Shown: positions 25,325 to 38,900, counted from the first letter of the stretch. The stretch: 64,000 bases of DNA from Macrostomum lignano (GCA_002269645.1 NIVC01000034.1:248001-312000), one strand, 5' to 3'. Numbers and translations are program-made. The notes: generated from the letters alone by a model not told the origin.

Positions 25325-27902
25325 ATGAAGATATACTACTTTGCTGTAGTCCTTTGGATTAACTTAGCAGGTAAGCTGTTAATGATCTCGGAATTCGAAC
25401 AAGCGTATGATCCACTACTTAAATTTTTGAGCTACTAAAAATTACCAGTACATGAATTTTATCTTTTCAATTTTCTTCAGGAAGATGCGTTCTCTGTCAT
25501 CTTATGAGTGCTTCGCACACCCAGGGGACGATGCAGATTTGTAAAAAGATCAACATCTTAACAGCCGCCGTCATCAACATGTCGAGCCTGCTGACGGAAG
25601 CCGAATGCGCTGTGCGCTGCCGCCTCCTCGGCTGCACTGCCGCCGTCTTTGCTGCGAACTCGAGCCGGCGCAGATTTTGCCAGCTGGTTGTCGGCAACAA
25701 CGAATCGGCCGGGTCGGCAAATGACCGGAGCAGCAACTCGGTTCTGACGATCAACTCGCCCGCAAAAGTGTGGCTTCTCGATGGTCGAGACGCGAACCTT
25801 TCGTTGGCTAACTTTTCAAACGTCAAATTTAAAAGTAAGTGCTCAGGGGACAGATTAACATGCTTTGAGGCTTGCGACTCTTACTCTACTGTGTACTGCA
25901 TGCTTGGCGATGAGAAATTTAGGTTCACTGTACATCCTGCGTGAGCCTGTCGTCTTATTTTTGTGCGTGTTCGTGCTCAAGAATCATAACGGCCGTAACT
26001 GGCTGCGGTCCACTGTCCGCCTCGATTTACGTCGCATTGTTTTTTTTCGAAGACCCCCTGCAACTAATGATTCGATCTACATGTGGATATCCCTTCTTTC
26101 TCTTTTTTCTGAAAAGTTACCTACTAAGTATTAAAAAGCTATATGTCAAGGACCACTAAAAGATTACGTTACTACTTAAGTAGTCCTTGCTAGATGTACT
26201 TTGCTTTGCTTCTGCTTTTAATAGCGTCGGAAAAGACGTAGTTAAAGGACAACAAGAATGTCCTAAGAATGTTTCCTACGATTTCCAACAAAAGCAATCA
26301 AATTCGACGAAAATATTGCAGACGTTGGCACTGGCCCATCTGGCTCAATCCAGCGCGTCATCATCAACGTGACAGGCTCTTACCTACTTGAAGTCGCTGG
26401 TGCAACAGGTGGAGATTGTGGATATGGCTTAAAATTGGGAGGTCGTGGCGCCAAAGTGTCGGGCATCTTCAATTTAACGGTCGGCCTGCAGCTGAGCATC
26501 GCGGTGGGCCAGGCTGGCCGATCAACGAGTAGTCAAGCAGCAGCTGGCGGAGGCGGTGGCAGCTTCGTGTTCGTGGATGAGAGCTCTGCCAGGCTGCTGA
26601 TTGCGGCTGGCGGTGGCGGCGGCGCTTCTTGCGCCTGTGATGGTGAGAATCATCATTTTCCAGAATTTTTTTCTGACAAAGTGCCAAGTTTACAGTACAC
26701 TAAGTTCATTTGGAAAATAATATCGCATTCAATGCGGTAAATATTTTTGTTAGCTAGTGATATGATTGAGAATATAAGCCATGTAAAACAACATCGACGT
26801 GAAATTGGGCGTCAATGGGCGCAAGCCACGGCCTACGTAGAAATTAGAATCAATCAGTAGTCTCATGGTTGATTTCTAGACATGCATGTCTCGTTAAGCC
26901 GATGTAAATTCTAGCGATAAAAGGATGCCGATTGATGATACTGAAGTCGTAATTGGCATCGTTTTTGATTCTGCGATCTCACTAAGCGCACTCAGCTACC
27001 GTAAAAGCCAGCTAATGAGGCCTGGCCTGATTTGCAGAAGTAGCATATTTATATATAGGATTGGGACGCAGAGGAGACACCTCTTGCGCGCACGCGTTTG
27101 CAAAACAGGCGGGAGGGGCATGCAGGCAGCAGCAGCCTGAGGGCTCAGCGCAAGCGCTAAGGCAGTCCGTCAGAGTGGCAGTGCGGGCCTGCATGGCCAC
27201 GGCGCAGTTGCTTGGTCGGTGGGTGCAGCAGGGCAGAGGAATGGACGCACCACGGTCAGGGTCCATAGGTAGCAGCATTTGATGGCGCCGGCGTAGGGTA
27301 GCGATAACAGGAGGGGTCTCTGCGCGGCTGTCATCAGAGCGTTAGTCGGCAGGCAAGATAATTAATTATCTCTCCTAAAAACCACGTCAGGCAATCCGGG
27401 ACTGGCCGGACCCGATGGCGGCAACTCCACAGGCGCCGACAACAACGCCGCTCTGCGTGGCTACGGAGGCGCTGACGGAAATCCGGGACTCGCTTTGAAC
27501 AGCAGCGACGTCATCAACGCTACGAGCTTCGGCGGCTGCGGCGCCGGCTGGCTGGGCAGGGCTGTCGCTCTCCGGCAAAACGACTACGATGGCGAGCCTG
27601 GTTGGAGCAAAGCTGACGGTTGGACTGGCGGCAGCGGAGCTAAAGGAAGCCAAGGTAAGGGCGGCTTCGGCGGCGGCGGAGGCGGTGGCCGCTGTGACGA
27701 CGTCAGCAACGAGCTGCCCGCGGCTGGCGCCGGCGGCGGCTTCAGCGGAGGCGGCGCTGGTCTCGGCGGAGGCCAGGCCGGCGGAGGCGGTGGCTCCTTC
27801 TGCTCAGCTGGCGACAGCTGCTCAGGCGAGACCGGAGGCAACTCGGACAGCCAGCACGGCTTTGTAGTGCTGCGTCTGGTGGGCGATGGGAGCTGCGATT
27901 GA
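25325..27902 (+). CDS. PAN/Apple + ALK/LTK-type glycine-rich secreted protein, copy 3 (intact); exons 25325-25370, 25481-25834, 26322-26642, 27391-27902
   Basis: Signal peptide MKIYYFAVVLWINLAGRCVLC. AECAVRCRLLGC..AVF....C PAN pattern. GSYLLEVAGATGG...AVGQAG...GGGGGSFV...LLIAAGGGGG. Phase-1 GT-AG introns and an open frame. Confidence 0.85.
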
Positions 27903-29209
27903 TGATGAGGCACAGAGTCTGGCCGCAAGTGATGAAAAGGAATAAATGGTTTTGATCAGAGAATCATGAATCAGTGAGCTGAGTAATATTTAATTATCCA
28001 AAAATGTTTTGAGTATGTGAGGGGAATTTAATGGGGCTTAAATTCGAAAACTAGCGGTCTCACCTCATGTCATTTAAAAAATTCCTGGTAGCTGGTTTCA
28101 GTACAGGTAGCTTATAATCAGTCAATTAGTGCTTCGTTTTAATTATTTATCACATGTGATAATTATGGTATATCCATATACTAAAAATTATTAACTGGAA
28201 TTTTAGGGTAAAAGTGGTGGAAAAATGACAGGGATTTTCGCTGCAGTGAGTCGAATAGCAGCTCCCAGAGACGCCATAAAATCATCAGATGCATGCATAT
28301 TAGCAAAGTAGAACTCTCTTCGTACTTATTTTTCAATAGGATCTTTATCTTTTTTTTACATTATTTATCTGTGTCAATCTCTGAACACAATTATACTACA
28401 TTTTAAGTGTGGCTGAACTCCGAATCAGACGTTTAACTCGAATGTGTTTTTTGAACTTGAAAAAAATAAACAAAACGATACGTATGAAACATTCGCCGAC
28501 ACTTATTCAGACACTTCTACAGACACTTTAGTTTCTGTCGTACGAATCGTAGGAACAAGCATTAAATTTGTTTATTCCTCACAAACTACCAGTAAACTGC
28601 TTTATTTTAAGCTTTTTTGCTTTATTTTATTAAATGTGAATTAGGAAGTGTCCTGGACAAATTTAACATTCTTCTTCACGTGAAGAGAATCTATGCAGAA
28701 TAACAAATTTCATGATTTATATTTAATAACTCACCTGTTATACTTATCTAAATTATAAAAAGATTACTTTTTAAGAAATTTAAGAATTTTAAAGAAATTA
28801 TTTATTACCTTTCCCTGAGCTTCTTTTTTGCTCTAAAAATATTAATTTCTGTTTTGCTTTGTTATCTAATTCTGCCGTAAATTTTCTCAGAAAGACGCTC
28901 AGTTTTAATGTTTCCTTGATCAGCGCAATATATTATGAATAAAATCTTTTTGAAGAATAAAAATTTTTGAAGAAAAAAAGATAAACTTTTTTTCTTGCAA
29001 GAAAGTGAGAATTTCTTCGCTTTTAATGAATAAGAAAATTACTTTTTCTCGCGAGAATTTCTTCTGAAGATTTTCTTATGAGATTCTGAGACAAGAAAAT
29101 CTTGCTAAGAAAATCTATGAAGAAAAAGATTTTCTCGCTCTCGTATGAATAAAATCACCCGTTTCTCAATGTCTGTGTAAAAACTTGAGTTTTTGACGAG
29201 CTCCTTCTT

Positions 29210-29695
29210 CTAAAGCTCAGACACTGAATTTCTATCACTGAATTTTTTTCTTGCTTTAGATTTGAAATGTTTGCGGTTGTTACGGTCGGTCTTTGCCTTG
29301 AATCGGCATTTCATGTTGGCAATCTTCTTCAAAGTCTTCTTCGTGTCGAACGACTTTCCAGTCAACGTTTCCAGCTCTGTGCACTTCGCGTTAATGGCTT
29401 CCTCCTTCTGCCGTTTTACCACCGGCGTGCTGCTCTTGGTCAACAAAATCGCATGTTTTGTCAGGACGTCGATGATGCAGTCTGCATCATCTTCATGCAC
29501 TTGTGCGTCTTGCCCTAACATTTGTTCATCTGCTTTCGTTTTTCCTTTGCAAGGCAAAAAATAGGCCAGCCAAAAACTTTCTCGAGTGCACCCAGTCTTA
29601 TTTCTGTCTCTCGAGATTCCACCCAACCCTGCCCAGGTTGGCCCATAGACGACAATTTGCTTCATAAATTCTTGCGAGAAAGTCTTGCAAGCCAA
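29210..29695 (-). mobile_element. Myb/SANT-like DNA-binding ORF relic, possibly from a PIF/Harbinger-type transposon
   Basis: IIDVLTKHAILLTKSSTPVVKRQKEEAI...TKKTLKKIANMKCRFKAKTDRN resembles the trihelix Myb/SANT-like domain of Harbinger accessory proteins. AT-rich flanks carry repeated AGAATTTCT-type motifs. No TIR, TSD or transposase was found. Confidence 0.45.
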
Positions 29696-31138
29696 GAAAA
29701 CTTGGCTTTTGCAGATTTTCTTAGCTTGAGAGAATTTCTACGCGCGAAAATCTCGACAGTTGAGAATTTTCCTTTTTTACTTGGCTTACAAGAATTTCTG
29801 CCGAGATTTTCTCGATTTTTATTCATCCTTCAAGTTCTTGATCAATGTCATATACATATAAGCTGTTTTTGTCTTACAGGAATTTTTTTAATGGGGGTCA
29901 GCCAGCAAAAGCACAGCTGTAGGAACTGCTTTCGGAAAAGACTGATTAAACCCTTCAACAAGACCTTGAACTAAGAAAAGAATTTGCTAGCTATAGCTAC
30001 TGCAAAATCTCAAGCTAGAAGTTAAAAAAAATTCTTGAGAGATGAAAGAACAATAGAAGATCTTAGCGCGTGGTGGGACGCCTGTAAACTTGAAACATCT
30101 GGCGAGTAGACAACAGAGGTAAAAGTAGCTCCACTGTCAACTAAGGCGTCGGAGCTTGAGGAGAGCCCATACTCGTAGTTCAAGTCCTCGCGCCCGCTGC
30201 GATACCTAGTAGTTATAAGATGTATTGCTTGTCGCAGTCGCTTTAACAATCAATGAAACTTCCCTAGCTTGAATAATTGGCACAACGGTTACACCTGTGC
30301 CTCGTAGTATCGCGAATTTGACAGACAATAAAATCATTAATTATTCATGAGGACAAGCATCATATAATTATTGTATTAATAAAAACTTATTACTGTCTTT
30401 AATTTACGTTGTATTATTTTGAAAGTCATCTAACTGAGCGAAGGCTAACATACTATCGAATATATACACTACTACATTTATGTCCGTGTAGTAGTAGATA
30501 GCGGAGAAGAGAGGGAAGGCGGATTTAAAGATAAATTATAAAAACCAAAGCCAATTGTTTGGCCTGCAGTCAGTCATTTAGAGAGGCCGAAATTAAGTGA
30601 CAGTCTTATTAGTGTCGATAAGCAGTCATCAAGGCGTCCAAAAATCGATATTAGCACGTGAGCAGCCTTAAAACGGATGGATTTCATTTTATCAGCAGTG
30701 CTCTACCAAGAACTAGCTAATTCAAAATGTCAGTTTAGGTGGCTAAATATGACTATGTCAATAAGGAGCTATCAAGAGTTCGGTGCAGTAGAAAAACAAC
30801 TTGGCAGATGTACGAGTAGGAAGAACAGACGATTTGTGACGAGCAGAAATCCTGGTAAAACAAACAATTTGAATTGATAACTTGAATTTGCTTGCTATAG
30901 TTTAGTTAAAGTCTTTGCATGAGCCTGGCTTTCGAGAAGACATTGCAGTCTCCCATCATCGCGCGATGCAAATACGTGAGGCCTAACAGGAATTGACAGA
31001 CAGATACGTTGCAGTAGGGGAATAGGAAAAGTCTTCCTGTGATTTCGGATTTTCAGTCTATATAATCCAGCTATTTATGACAGAGTAAACTGAAATTAGT
31101 TGGTTAAAAATCCATTTTTTAAATACGTTTTTTTCACA

Positions 31139-33840
31139 ATGCGTTCAGATTCTTATAGCTACAGACAAGTAGTCATTGTTTTTCTTCTGGATATCGTGCT
31201 GACATGGCACACTGGACGTGCTGATGAAGGTAACGCATACATCATGTAGTAAAATTGAAAAAGGCTTGGCGTCTTGACGCTTTGCTAAATTAGTTTAACT
31301 GTTTCATATTTTTAGCCAACTGCAGCCCAGCTCGTTATGTGCAGCACAACGGGACTCTCGTCATCAACTCAACTATCGGTAGCAGATTCCTAAACTTTAG
31401 TGAAGTGCCAACGGTGCAGCAGTGCCTGCTGATGTGTCGCATGCGAGCCTGCGCCGCCCTCGAGTTTCAAAAGCGTACATCTCGATGCCGCCTAGTAAAA
31501 GTGTCGCAGGTGCCGCCGAAACAACAAGGCTGGGTGATCAACAAAAAAAGTATCCTGACAAAGTCGAAGGGCACGGTTGTTATGAAAGTGGAAAACTTTG
31601 ACGAGCTGATGAAACCGCATTACGCTCGGAGATTTCAGGGTGAGATCATATTGATCATTGACGCTGCTCATTTTTAAAGGTCAGCTAAGACATCCAAAGG
31701 CGCTACACTCTCAGATTCTGCTAATCTCTCTAAAGGCCGGTTTTTTGCCTCTAAGTGCAATAGTAAGACACGAATTTTTTGCATTAAACTCACGGTGTCA
31801 CCGTTTGGACTATGGACAGATGTGCAACCAACAGCTCAGCCGCAGCTATTGCGCCGCGCATCTGAAGGCTGCGTATGGCTGTTCAGTCCAAGAACTGGGG
31901 GGTCACCACATACATCCCTCAATTACCCAAGCTAATGCTGGCACTCATTTTACAGCTGGGTGAGCTGAAGCAATGCAGATCATTAAGTGTCTTGCTCACA
32001 GACAGAAACTGTTCCGAGTGGGTTAGAACCGAAGCCTCGACCTTTGTCGTGAGTCCGACGCTTTAACCACTAGGCTGCAACGATTTGCAAGTTCAGCATA
32101 AGTAAATGAGTATTCGATTAATGTATATCAAATTTTCAAAGATTAGTTAGTGATTATGCTAACGTTACGTTAACAACACTTCAGCAACCGGCACAGGCAG
32201 GAACGGCAAAATTCAGCAAGAAGGGATCAAAGTGACCGGCTGCTACGAGATCGAAGTCAATGGTGCCAGAGGAGGGAGCTGTTCAGGAAATATTGGAGGC
32301 ATGGGTGTCAAAACTGTTGGCGACTTCTTTTTGACGGACGGCACTGTACTTGGCATTCTGGTAGGACAGGCCGGCACCGACTGCAGCCAAACGGTCCAAG
32401 TCGACGGCGGCGGCGGTGGCCGCGGCGGTGGCCGCGGCGGTGGCCGCGGCGGCGGTGGTGGCGGTGGCGGCGGCAGCTTCGTGTTCCTGATGACGTCGAA
32501 CGCTTCTTCGCCCCTAGTGGCGGCTGGTGGTGGCGGCGGTGCTTCTCCGACTAGTGTTGGTTAGTAAATTGATAAATTGACACTCCCTTATGCTGGCCAT
32601 TAGTATTTACGAGCTATTGTTCCAATCGATATCGTCATTTCAAGTAATGCTACGACTGTACAGTAAGAATATCACATTCCATTTGGTTCATGTAGTTTTA
32701 GCATTTAACGTGCATTCGTGCATAACGGTTTGAGCGTATAACCAACGAATAAATAACCAAAGTTGAAGAAGCAACCATTGTATCCATTTCAAGTCCCAGT
32801 TTTTTTAGAATTCACTAGCGAGATTCGAACATTTATGCTTTAAGTGTACTAGATTAAGTCATTGTCAAAATCAGCAAATAAGCTGCTGGTAGATGTATGC
32901 GTTAAATCTGCAAGTTTAACTAAATTTTCATGATACAATGAATTACGTAGTCCATATAATAAAAATTACTACTATAGGCGCAATTATCTGCCTTTTCGGA
33001 GTTAGGGTAGGTGCATATTCCAGTGGCTTTTACTCGTAGAATTAATCCTCAACAAAACGCATTGGCTAAACAGACATCACAATAATAGTTCGTTGCAGAA
33101 ACAATCAACCAGATGGTACAGTACATACGAAAATGTAAATGTAAAACAGAAGCGCTTCTTTAATATCATTTCAAGGAAATCCCGGACTATCTGGTACAGC
33201 CGGCGGCAACTCGACCTCAAGAATGAACTACCGCGGCTATGGCGGCTCGGCTGGAGGACCAGGCTTTTTCAAAAACACCAGCTACATTGACTACTATCAA
33301 ATAATAAAAACCATCGGCGGATGCGGCGCTGGCTGGCTGGGCAAGGCCACGGATTTTGGAGAGAACTATCAAAGCGGCCAACCTGGCGGCAGTCAAGCTG
33401 ACAACTGGGTCGGCGGCATGGCTGGTGGCAGGGATGGCAACGGCGGCAACGGCGGCTTTGGAGGAGGCGGCGGCGGCGGCAGCGATGGATGGAGAGGCGG
33501 GGGCGGAGGAGGCGGCGGCAGCGATGGATGGAGAGGCGGGGGCGGAGGAGGCGGCGGCAGCGATGGATGGAGAGGCGGGGGCGGAGGAGGCGGCGGCAGC
33601 GATGGATGGAGAGGCGGGGGCGGAGGAGGCGGCGGCAGCGATGGATGGAGAGGCGGGGGCGGAGGAGGCGGCGGCGGCTTCAGCGGAGGCGGCGCTGGTC
33701 TCGGCGGAGGCCAAGCCGGCGGAGGCGGCGGCTCTTTCTGCTCTACAGCTGGCCACAGTTGTAGAGCCGTGGCCGGAGGCAATTCGGAAAGCCAGCACGG
33801 CTTTGTAAAGCTGCGTCTGCTGAGTGACGACTGCGAATGA
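31139..33840 (+). CDS. PAN/Apple + ALK/LTK-type glycine-rich secreted protein, copy 4 (intact); exons 31139-31229, 31316-31639, 32185-32559, 33176-33840
   Basis: Hydrophobic leader (VVIVFLLDIVLTW). QQCLLMCRMRAC.ALEF....C PAN pattern. TGCYEIEVNGARGG...ILVGQAG...GGGGGSFV...LVAAGGGGG. Phase-1 introns and an open frame. Confidence 0.85.
31817..32078 (-). mobile_element. tRNA-derived SINE family 1, second copy (intron 2 of copy 4)
   Basis: Homologous to 4486-4731. Head reads GCAGCCTAGTGGTTAAAGCG. Confidence 0.7.
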
Positions 33841-34384
33841 TTGAGTGTGCATGCAGCGCCAACAAAGCCAAACCAAGTCGTGAAGGAAGCGTCACGTCAA
33901 CAAACAAGCAAGATAGGTCTGCAGCTGCAGGGCATGAACTAGCGAAAGCAGAAGATTGAAAACAGAACGCACACTTAAAACATTTGAAAATTTTGTGTCT
34001 GCAAGTACAAACCTATGTTTATGCTTATTGAATCTATGTTATTAAATCGTAAAATAGTATGATTATAAGCAATTGAAAATTCTGAAACTTCGTTCTTTTC
34101 TGCACTATGTACTTTAATAGGTCGTTATGTCAAATATTGGTATTTTTTAAACATTAGTTCTGTGAGCCATAGCCGTCTAATACATACACACTCAATTCAA
34201 AATTTATAATATTTAATTTGTTATACCGCAAACTTGTATAAATACATGGGTACTAAAACTGAAATATATGAAACCCTTCCTTCTATTGCAGCACAGGACA
34301 AAATCTGAACTCATTCATTTAAATTCGTTCCGTGAGCAGTCGCATTTTATCAAAACTGACTGAGACCAGTGTCACCAGTATTAT

Positions 34385-34725
34385 ATTATTTTATTAGAGG
34401 CAGGGGGGTTGTGTGCACACTGGCGCACTTTAAGCGACATAGGCACACAACATTCCGCCGACTCCCCTGAGCAGGCATACAAGCGCGCGGATACGTACGC
34501 AGGCACACACTCACACAGGAGTGTACAGCGGCCCTAACTTTATTTTATCGTTAGGCATGTACACTTCACTGCGCCTTGGGGGGTTGGCTCTCAAGGCCGT
34601 TAATTGCACGAGCAAAGCCAAGCCGAGATTCCAATTCAGCCCCAAATTAATGTGACTGCACTTGGAATCGAGCCTGGGTCGCTGGCACACTAGAGCCTGC
34701 GCTAGACCGCTGGGCTACGGCCCCC
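34385..34725 (-). mobile_element. tRNA-derived SINE family 2
   Basis: The minus-strand head has GTAGCCCAGCGGTCTAGCGC (A box) and GGCTCGATTCC (B box). The body is shared with 3525-3800. Confidence 0.65.
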
Positions 34726-35202
34726 TGTGTCACGAGTATGCTTATAGCCTTTTTGAGAATTTTTTAATAACTCACTTACTTGTGGAAAAGACTTGTATTG
34801 TTCGTATTTTTCAGTAAATATCACGTCTTTTAAAACCGAGCAGAGATAACTATTAATGGCTTGAATATCGAAGCGCTTTCAATTGCACCATATAATTACT
34901 ATGAGCAGCCATTCGCACTTCAAATTTATTTGCATATCATAAAACTGTGACCGTTAGTAATTATAAAGTGATTAGCTTTAATAGCTTCATTGTACTAAAT
35001 GCTACACTAAATTCAACTAACAATGAAAAATGTCATTATAAGTCAAGTTTCACTCCAGTACCTCACCACATAAACTGGGTTAAAATTACTATAGATGTTT
35101 ACAGACCATTATTTGTTTCGCTAGAAAGTTGATAATTTAGGCAATAAAGTGTAGAATCTCCACTGGTCTTGCCCATAGACAGACATTGACGGAAAAAGGG
35201 AA

Positions 35203-35324
35203 ACCCAGGTGATGATTCGGCCATAGACATTTCTCTCTCCCTTTCTCTCTACCCAGTTGATGATTCGGCCATAGACATTTCTCTCTCCCTCTCTCTCTAC
35301 CCAGTTGATGATTCGGCCATAGAC

Positions 35325-35390
<66 letters not shown>

Positions 35391-35737
35391 CCAGGTGATG
35401 ATTCGGCCATAGACATCTCTCTCTCCCTCTCTCTCTACCCAGTTGATGATTCGGCCATAGACATGTCTCTCTCTCTCTCTCTACCCAGGTGATGATTCGG
35501 CCCTAGACATCTCTCTCTCCCTCTCTCTCTACCCAGTTGATGATTCGGCCATAGACATCTCTCTCTCTCTCTACCCAGTTGATGATTCGGCCATAGACAT
35601 GTCTCACTCTCTCTCTCTCTCTACCCAGGTGATGATTCGGCCATAGACATCTCTCTCTCTCTCTACCCAGTTGATGATTCCGCCATAGACATGTCTCACT
35701 CTCTCTCTCTCTACCCAGGTGATGATTCGGCCATAGA

Positions 35738-35797
<60 letters not shown>

Positions 35798-35798
35798 T
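35203..35798. repeat. compound array: 11 copies of ACCCAG(G/T)TGATGATTCGGCCATAGACAT separated by variable-length (CT)n
   Basis: Units were counted at about 35211, 35259, 35307, 35397, 35445, 35491, 35539, 35581, 35631, 35673 and 35721. Confidence 0.95.
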
Positions 35799-35984
35799 AT
35801 TTAACTTGCTGATAAATGCAATACTATATCAACATATACCGGTATACTAAAGCTAGCCTTAGTAATGGTACCCAGTAAACTTAATTATTTAAACAGTAAT
35901 AAGTCAGGTAACTTAAAATAAGCATACAAAAATTAAAGTTATTTTATTCGTACAATATAATAGACATGATATGATTAGTAGAAG

Positions 35985-38900
35985 TCAGCCAGACTTCAAC
36001 AGCAAGCCGTGCAGTAGGCAGTCGGCGCAGCGTAGCGGACAGCACAAACCGGACAGCTGTCCGAGGAGAGCGGCCTGTTTGTCCGGCTGGCCGGCAAGCA
36101 GCTGACGGAGCAGATGAGCGCAGCGCTGAGCCAGTTCCGTCTGGCAGACTCGCTGCAGTACAGTGGCCGAAGGCAGGGCGGCTACGCGACTACACAAAGA
36201 GGTGAGGCTGGCTTGCGCGTCCTGCAATGCGTCATTAAAACAAATAAACGATTTACGGTGTTTTTGTAGATTATTTCATTATCAGTTGATTAATAGAATT
36301 TGATAGTAAATCAAGTGACATATCGAGTTCAGTGAATGAACCATCAGTGACCTTGAGGTTAAGACTCATTCAGTGACTGAACTAACATCAGTGACCTTGA
36401 GATTCATTCAGTGACTGAACTAACATCAGTGACCTTGAGATTCATTCAGTGACTGAACTAACATCAGTGACCTTGAGATTCATTCAGTGACTGAGCTATC
36501 AGTGACCTTGGGATTCATTCAGTGACTGAGCTATCAGTCACCTTGGGATTCATTCAGTGACTGAACTAACATTAGTGATCTTGGGATTCATTCAGTGACT
36601 GAACTATCAGTGACATTGGGACTCATTCAGTGACTGAACTAACATCAGTGACCTTGAGATTCATTCAGTCACTGAACTATCACTAATCTTGGAATTCATT
36701 CAGTGACTGAACTACCAGTGAACTTGGGATTCATTCAGTGACTGAACTACCAGTGAACTTGGGATTCATTCAGTGACTGAACTACCAGTGAACTTGGGAT
36801 TCATTCAGTGACTGAACTACCAGTGAACTTGGGATTCATTCAGTGACTGAACTAACATCAGTGACCTTGAGATTCATTCAGTCACTGAACTATCACTAAT
36901 CTTGGAATTCATTCAGTGACTGAACTACCAGTGAACTTGGGATTCATTCAGTGACCTTGAGATTCATTCAGTGACTGAACTATCAGTGACCTTGAGACTC
37001 ATTCAGTGACTGAGCTATCAGTGACCTTGAGATTCATTCAGTGACCTTGGGATTCATTCAGTGACTGAGCTATCAGTGACCTTGAGATTTATTCAGTGAC
37101 TGAGCTATCAGTGACATTGGGATTCATTCAGTGACTGAGCTATCAGTGACCTTGAGATTCATTCAGTGACTGAGCTATCAGTGACCTTGGGATTCATTCA
37201 GTGACTGAACTAACATTAGTGATCTTGGGATTCATTCAGTGACTGAACTAACATCAGTGACCTTGAGATTCATTCAGTCACTGAACTATCACTAATCTTG
37301 GAATTCATTCAGTGACTGAACTACCAGTGAACTTGGGATTCATTCAGTGACTGAACCATCAGTGACCTAGGGATTGATTCAGTGACTGAACTATCAGTGA
37401 CCTTGAGATTTATTCAGTGACTGAGCTATCAGTGACCTTGAGATTCATTCAGTGACTGAGCTATCAGTGACCTTGGGATTCATTCAGTGACTGAGCTATC
37501 AGTGACCTTGAGATTCATTCAGTGACCTTGGGATTCATTCAGTGACTGAGCTATCAGTGACCTTGAGATTTATTCAGTGACTGAGCTATCAGTGACCTTG
37601 GGATTCATTCAGTGACTGAGCTATCAGTGACCTTGGGATTCATTCAGTGACTGAACTAACATCAGTGACCTTGGGATTCATTCAGTGACTGAACAAAAAA
37701 GAAGCAAACCAACAAACCTCAGGCTCCAGCTGTCTGTCTGTCTCGGCGCTATCCAGGCGATCCAACAGCTGCAAGAAGTCTAAGTACAGCTGGCCTCCTA
37801 GCTGCCAGTCCTGCCTGTCGCCAGCCAGCTGAGCAACTGGTGCCAGGTGACGCCGGACTCGACTGAGCTGTCCGGCTACCAGCCAGCGCGGAGCCAGACT
37901 GTTCAGGAGGATGTCGTGCGCCGGTCGCCACTGACCGGCTGCCAGCCAGTGTCGGGCCTCTCGACGCTGCCAATCGGCTAGGTCGACAGGTAATTGAGCG
38001 CCGTCGCTAATGTTGAAGCAGCGAGTTCGACAGGCCAAGGCCCAGGCTGAGTGAAGCCAGTGGCGCGGCAGGCCGAGTTGGTTGGTGAGGAAATTTTGCA
38101 GAGCCGGGTCGCGAACTGTGCCCAGGTGACGGCTCAGACAGGCGCTGACTGCTCGGGTTCTGCAGGGTTGGGATTTTGGGAATTACCAGATTTTTTCCCC
38201 AGCAATTAGATCTAATAGACTGATTCGAATTAAAAGTTTTTTGAATCCTTAAGTTGGAATCTGAATCCTCAATTAGGGATCTGAATCCTCAATTAGGGAT
38301 CTGAATCCTCAATTAGGGATCTGAATCCTTAATTATGGATCTGAGTCCTCAATTAGGGATCTAAATCCTCAATTGGGGATCTGAGTCCTCAATTAGGGAT
38401 CTGAATCCTCAATTAGGGATCTGAATCCTCAATTAGGGATCTAAATCCTCAATTAGGGATCTGAATCCTCAATTGGGGATCTGAATCCTCAATTAGGGAT
38501 CTGAATTCTCAATTAGGGATCTAAATCCTCAATTGGGGATCTGAATCTTCAATTAGGGATCTGAATCCTCAATTAGGGATCTGAATCCTCAATTAGGGAT
38601 CTGAATCCTCAACTAGGGACTCAATTGGGGATCTGAATCCTCAATTAGGGATCTGAATCCTCAATTAGGGATCTGAATCCTCAACTAGGGACTCAATTGG
38701 GGATCTGAATCCTCAATTACGAATCTAAATCCTCAATTAGGGATCTGAATCCTCAATTAGGGATCTGAATCCTCAATTAGGGACTCAATTGGGGATCTGA
38801 GTCCTCTCAATTAGGGATCTGAATCCTCAATTAGGGATCTCAATCCTCAATTAAGGATCTGAGTCCTCAATTAGGGATCTGAATCATCAACTAGGGATCT

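Noticed and set aside
26990-27345. GC-rich island with a TATA-like motif in intron 3 of copy 3
   Set aside because: No recognisable ORF, terminal repeats or second copy in the window.
35203-35798. CRISPR-like repeat-spacer array, or box C/D snoRNA cluster (TGATGA)
   Set aside because: The context is eukaryotic, there are no cas genes, and the spacers are only (CT)n. Units have a box-C-like motif but no box D (CTGA).
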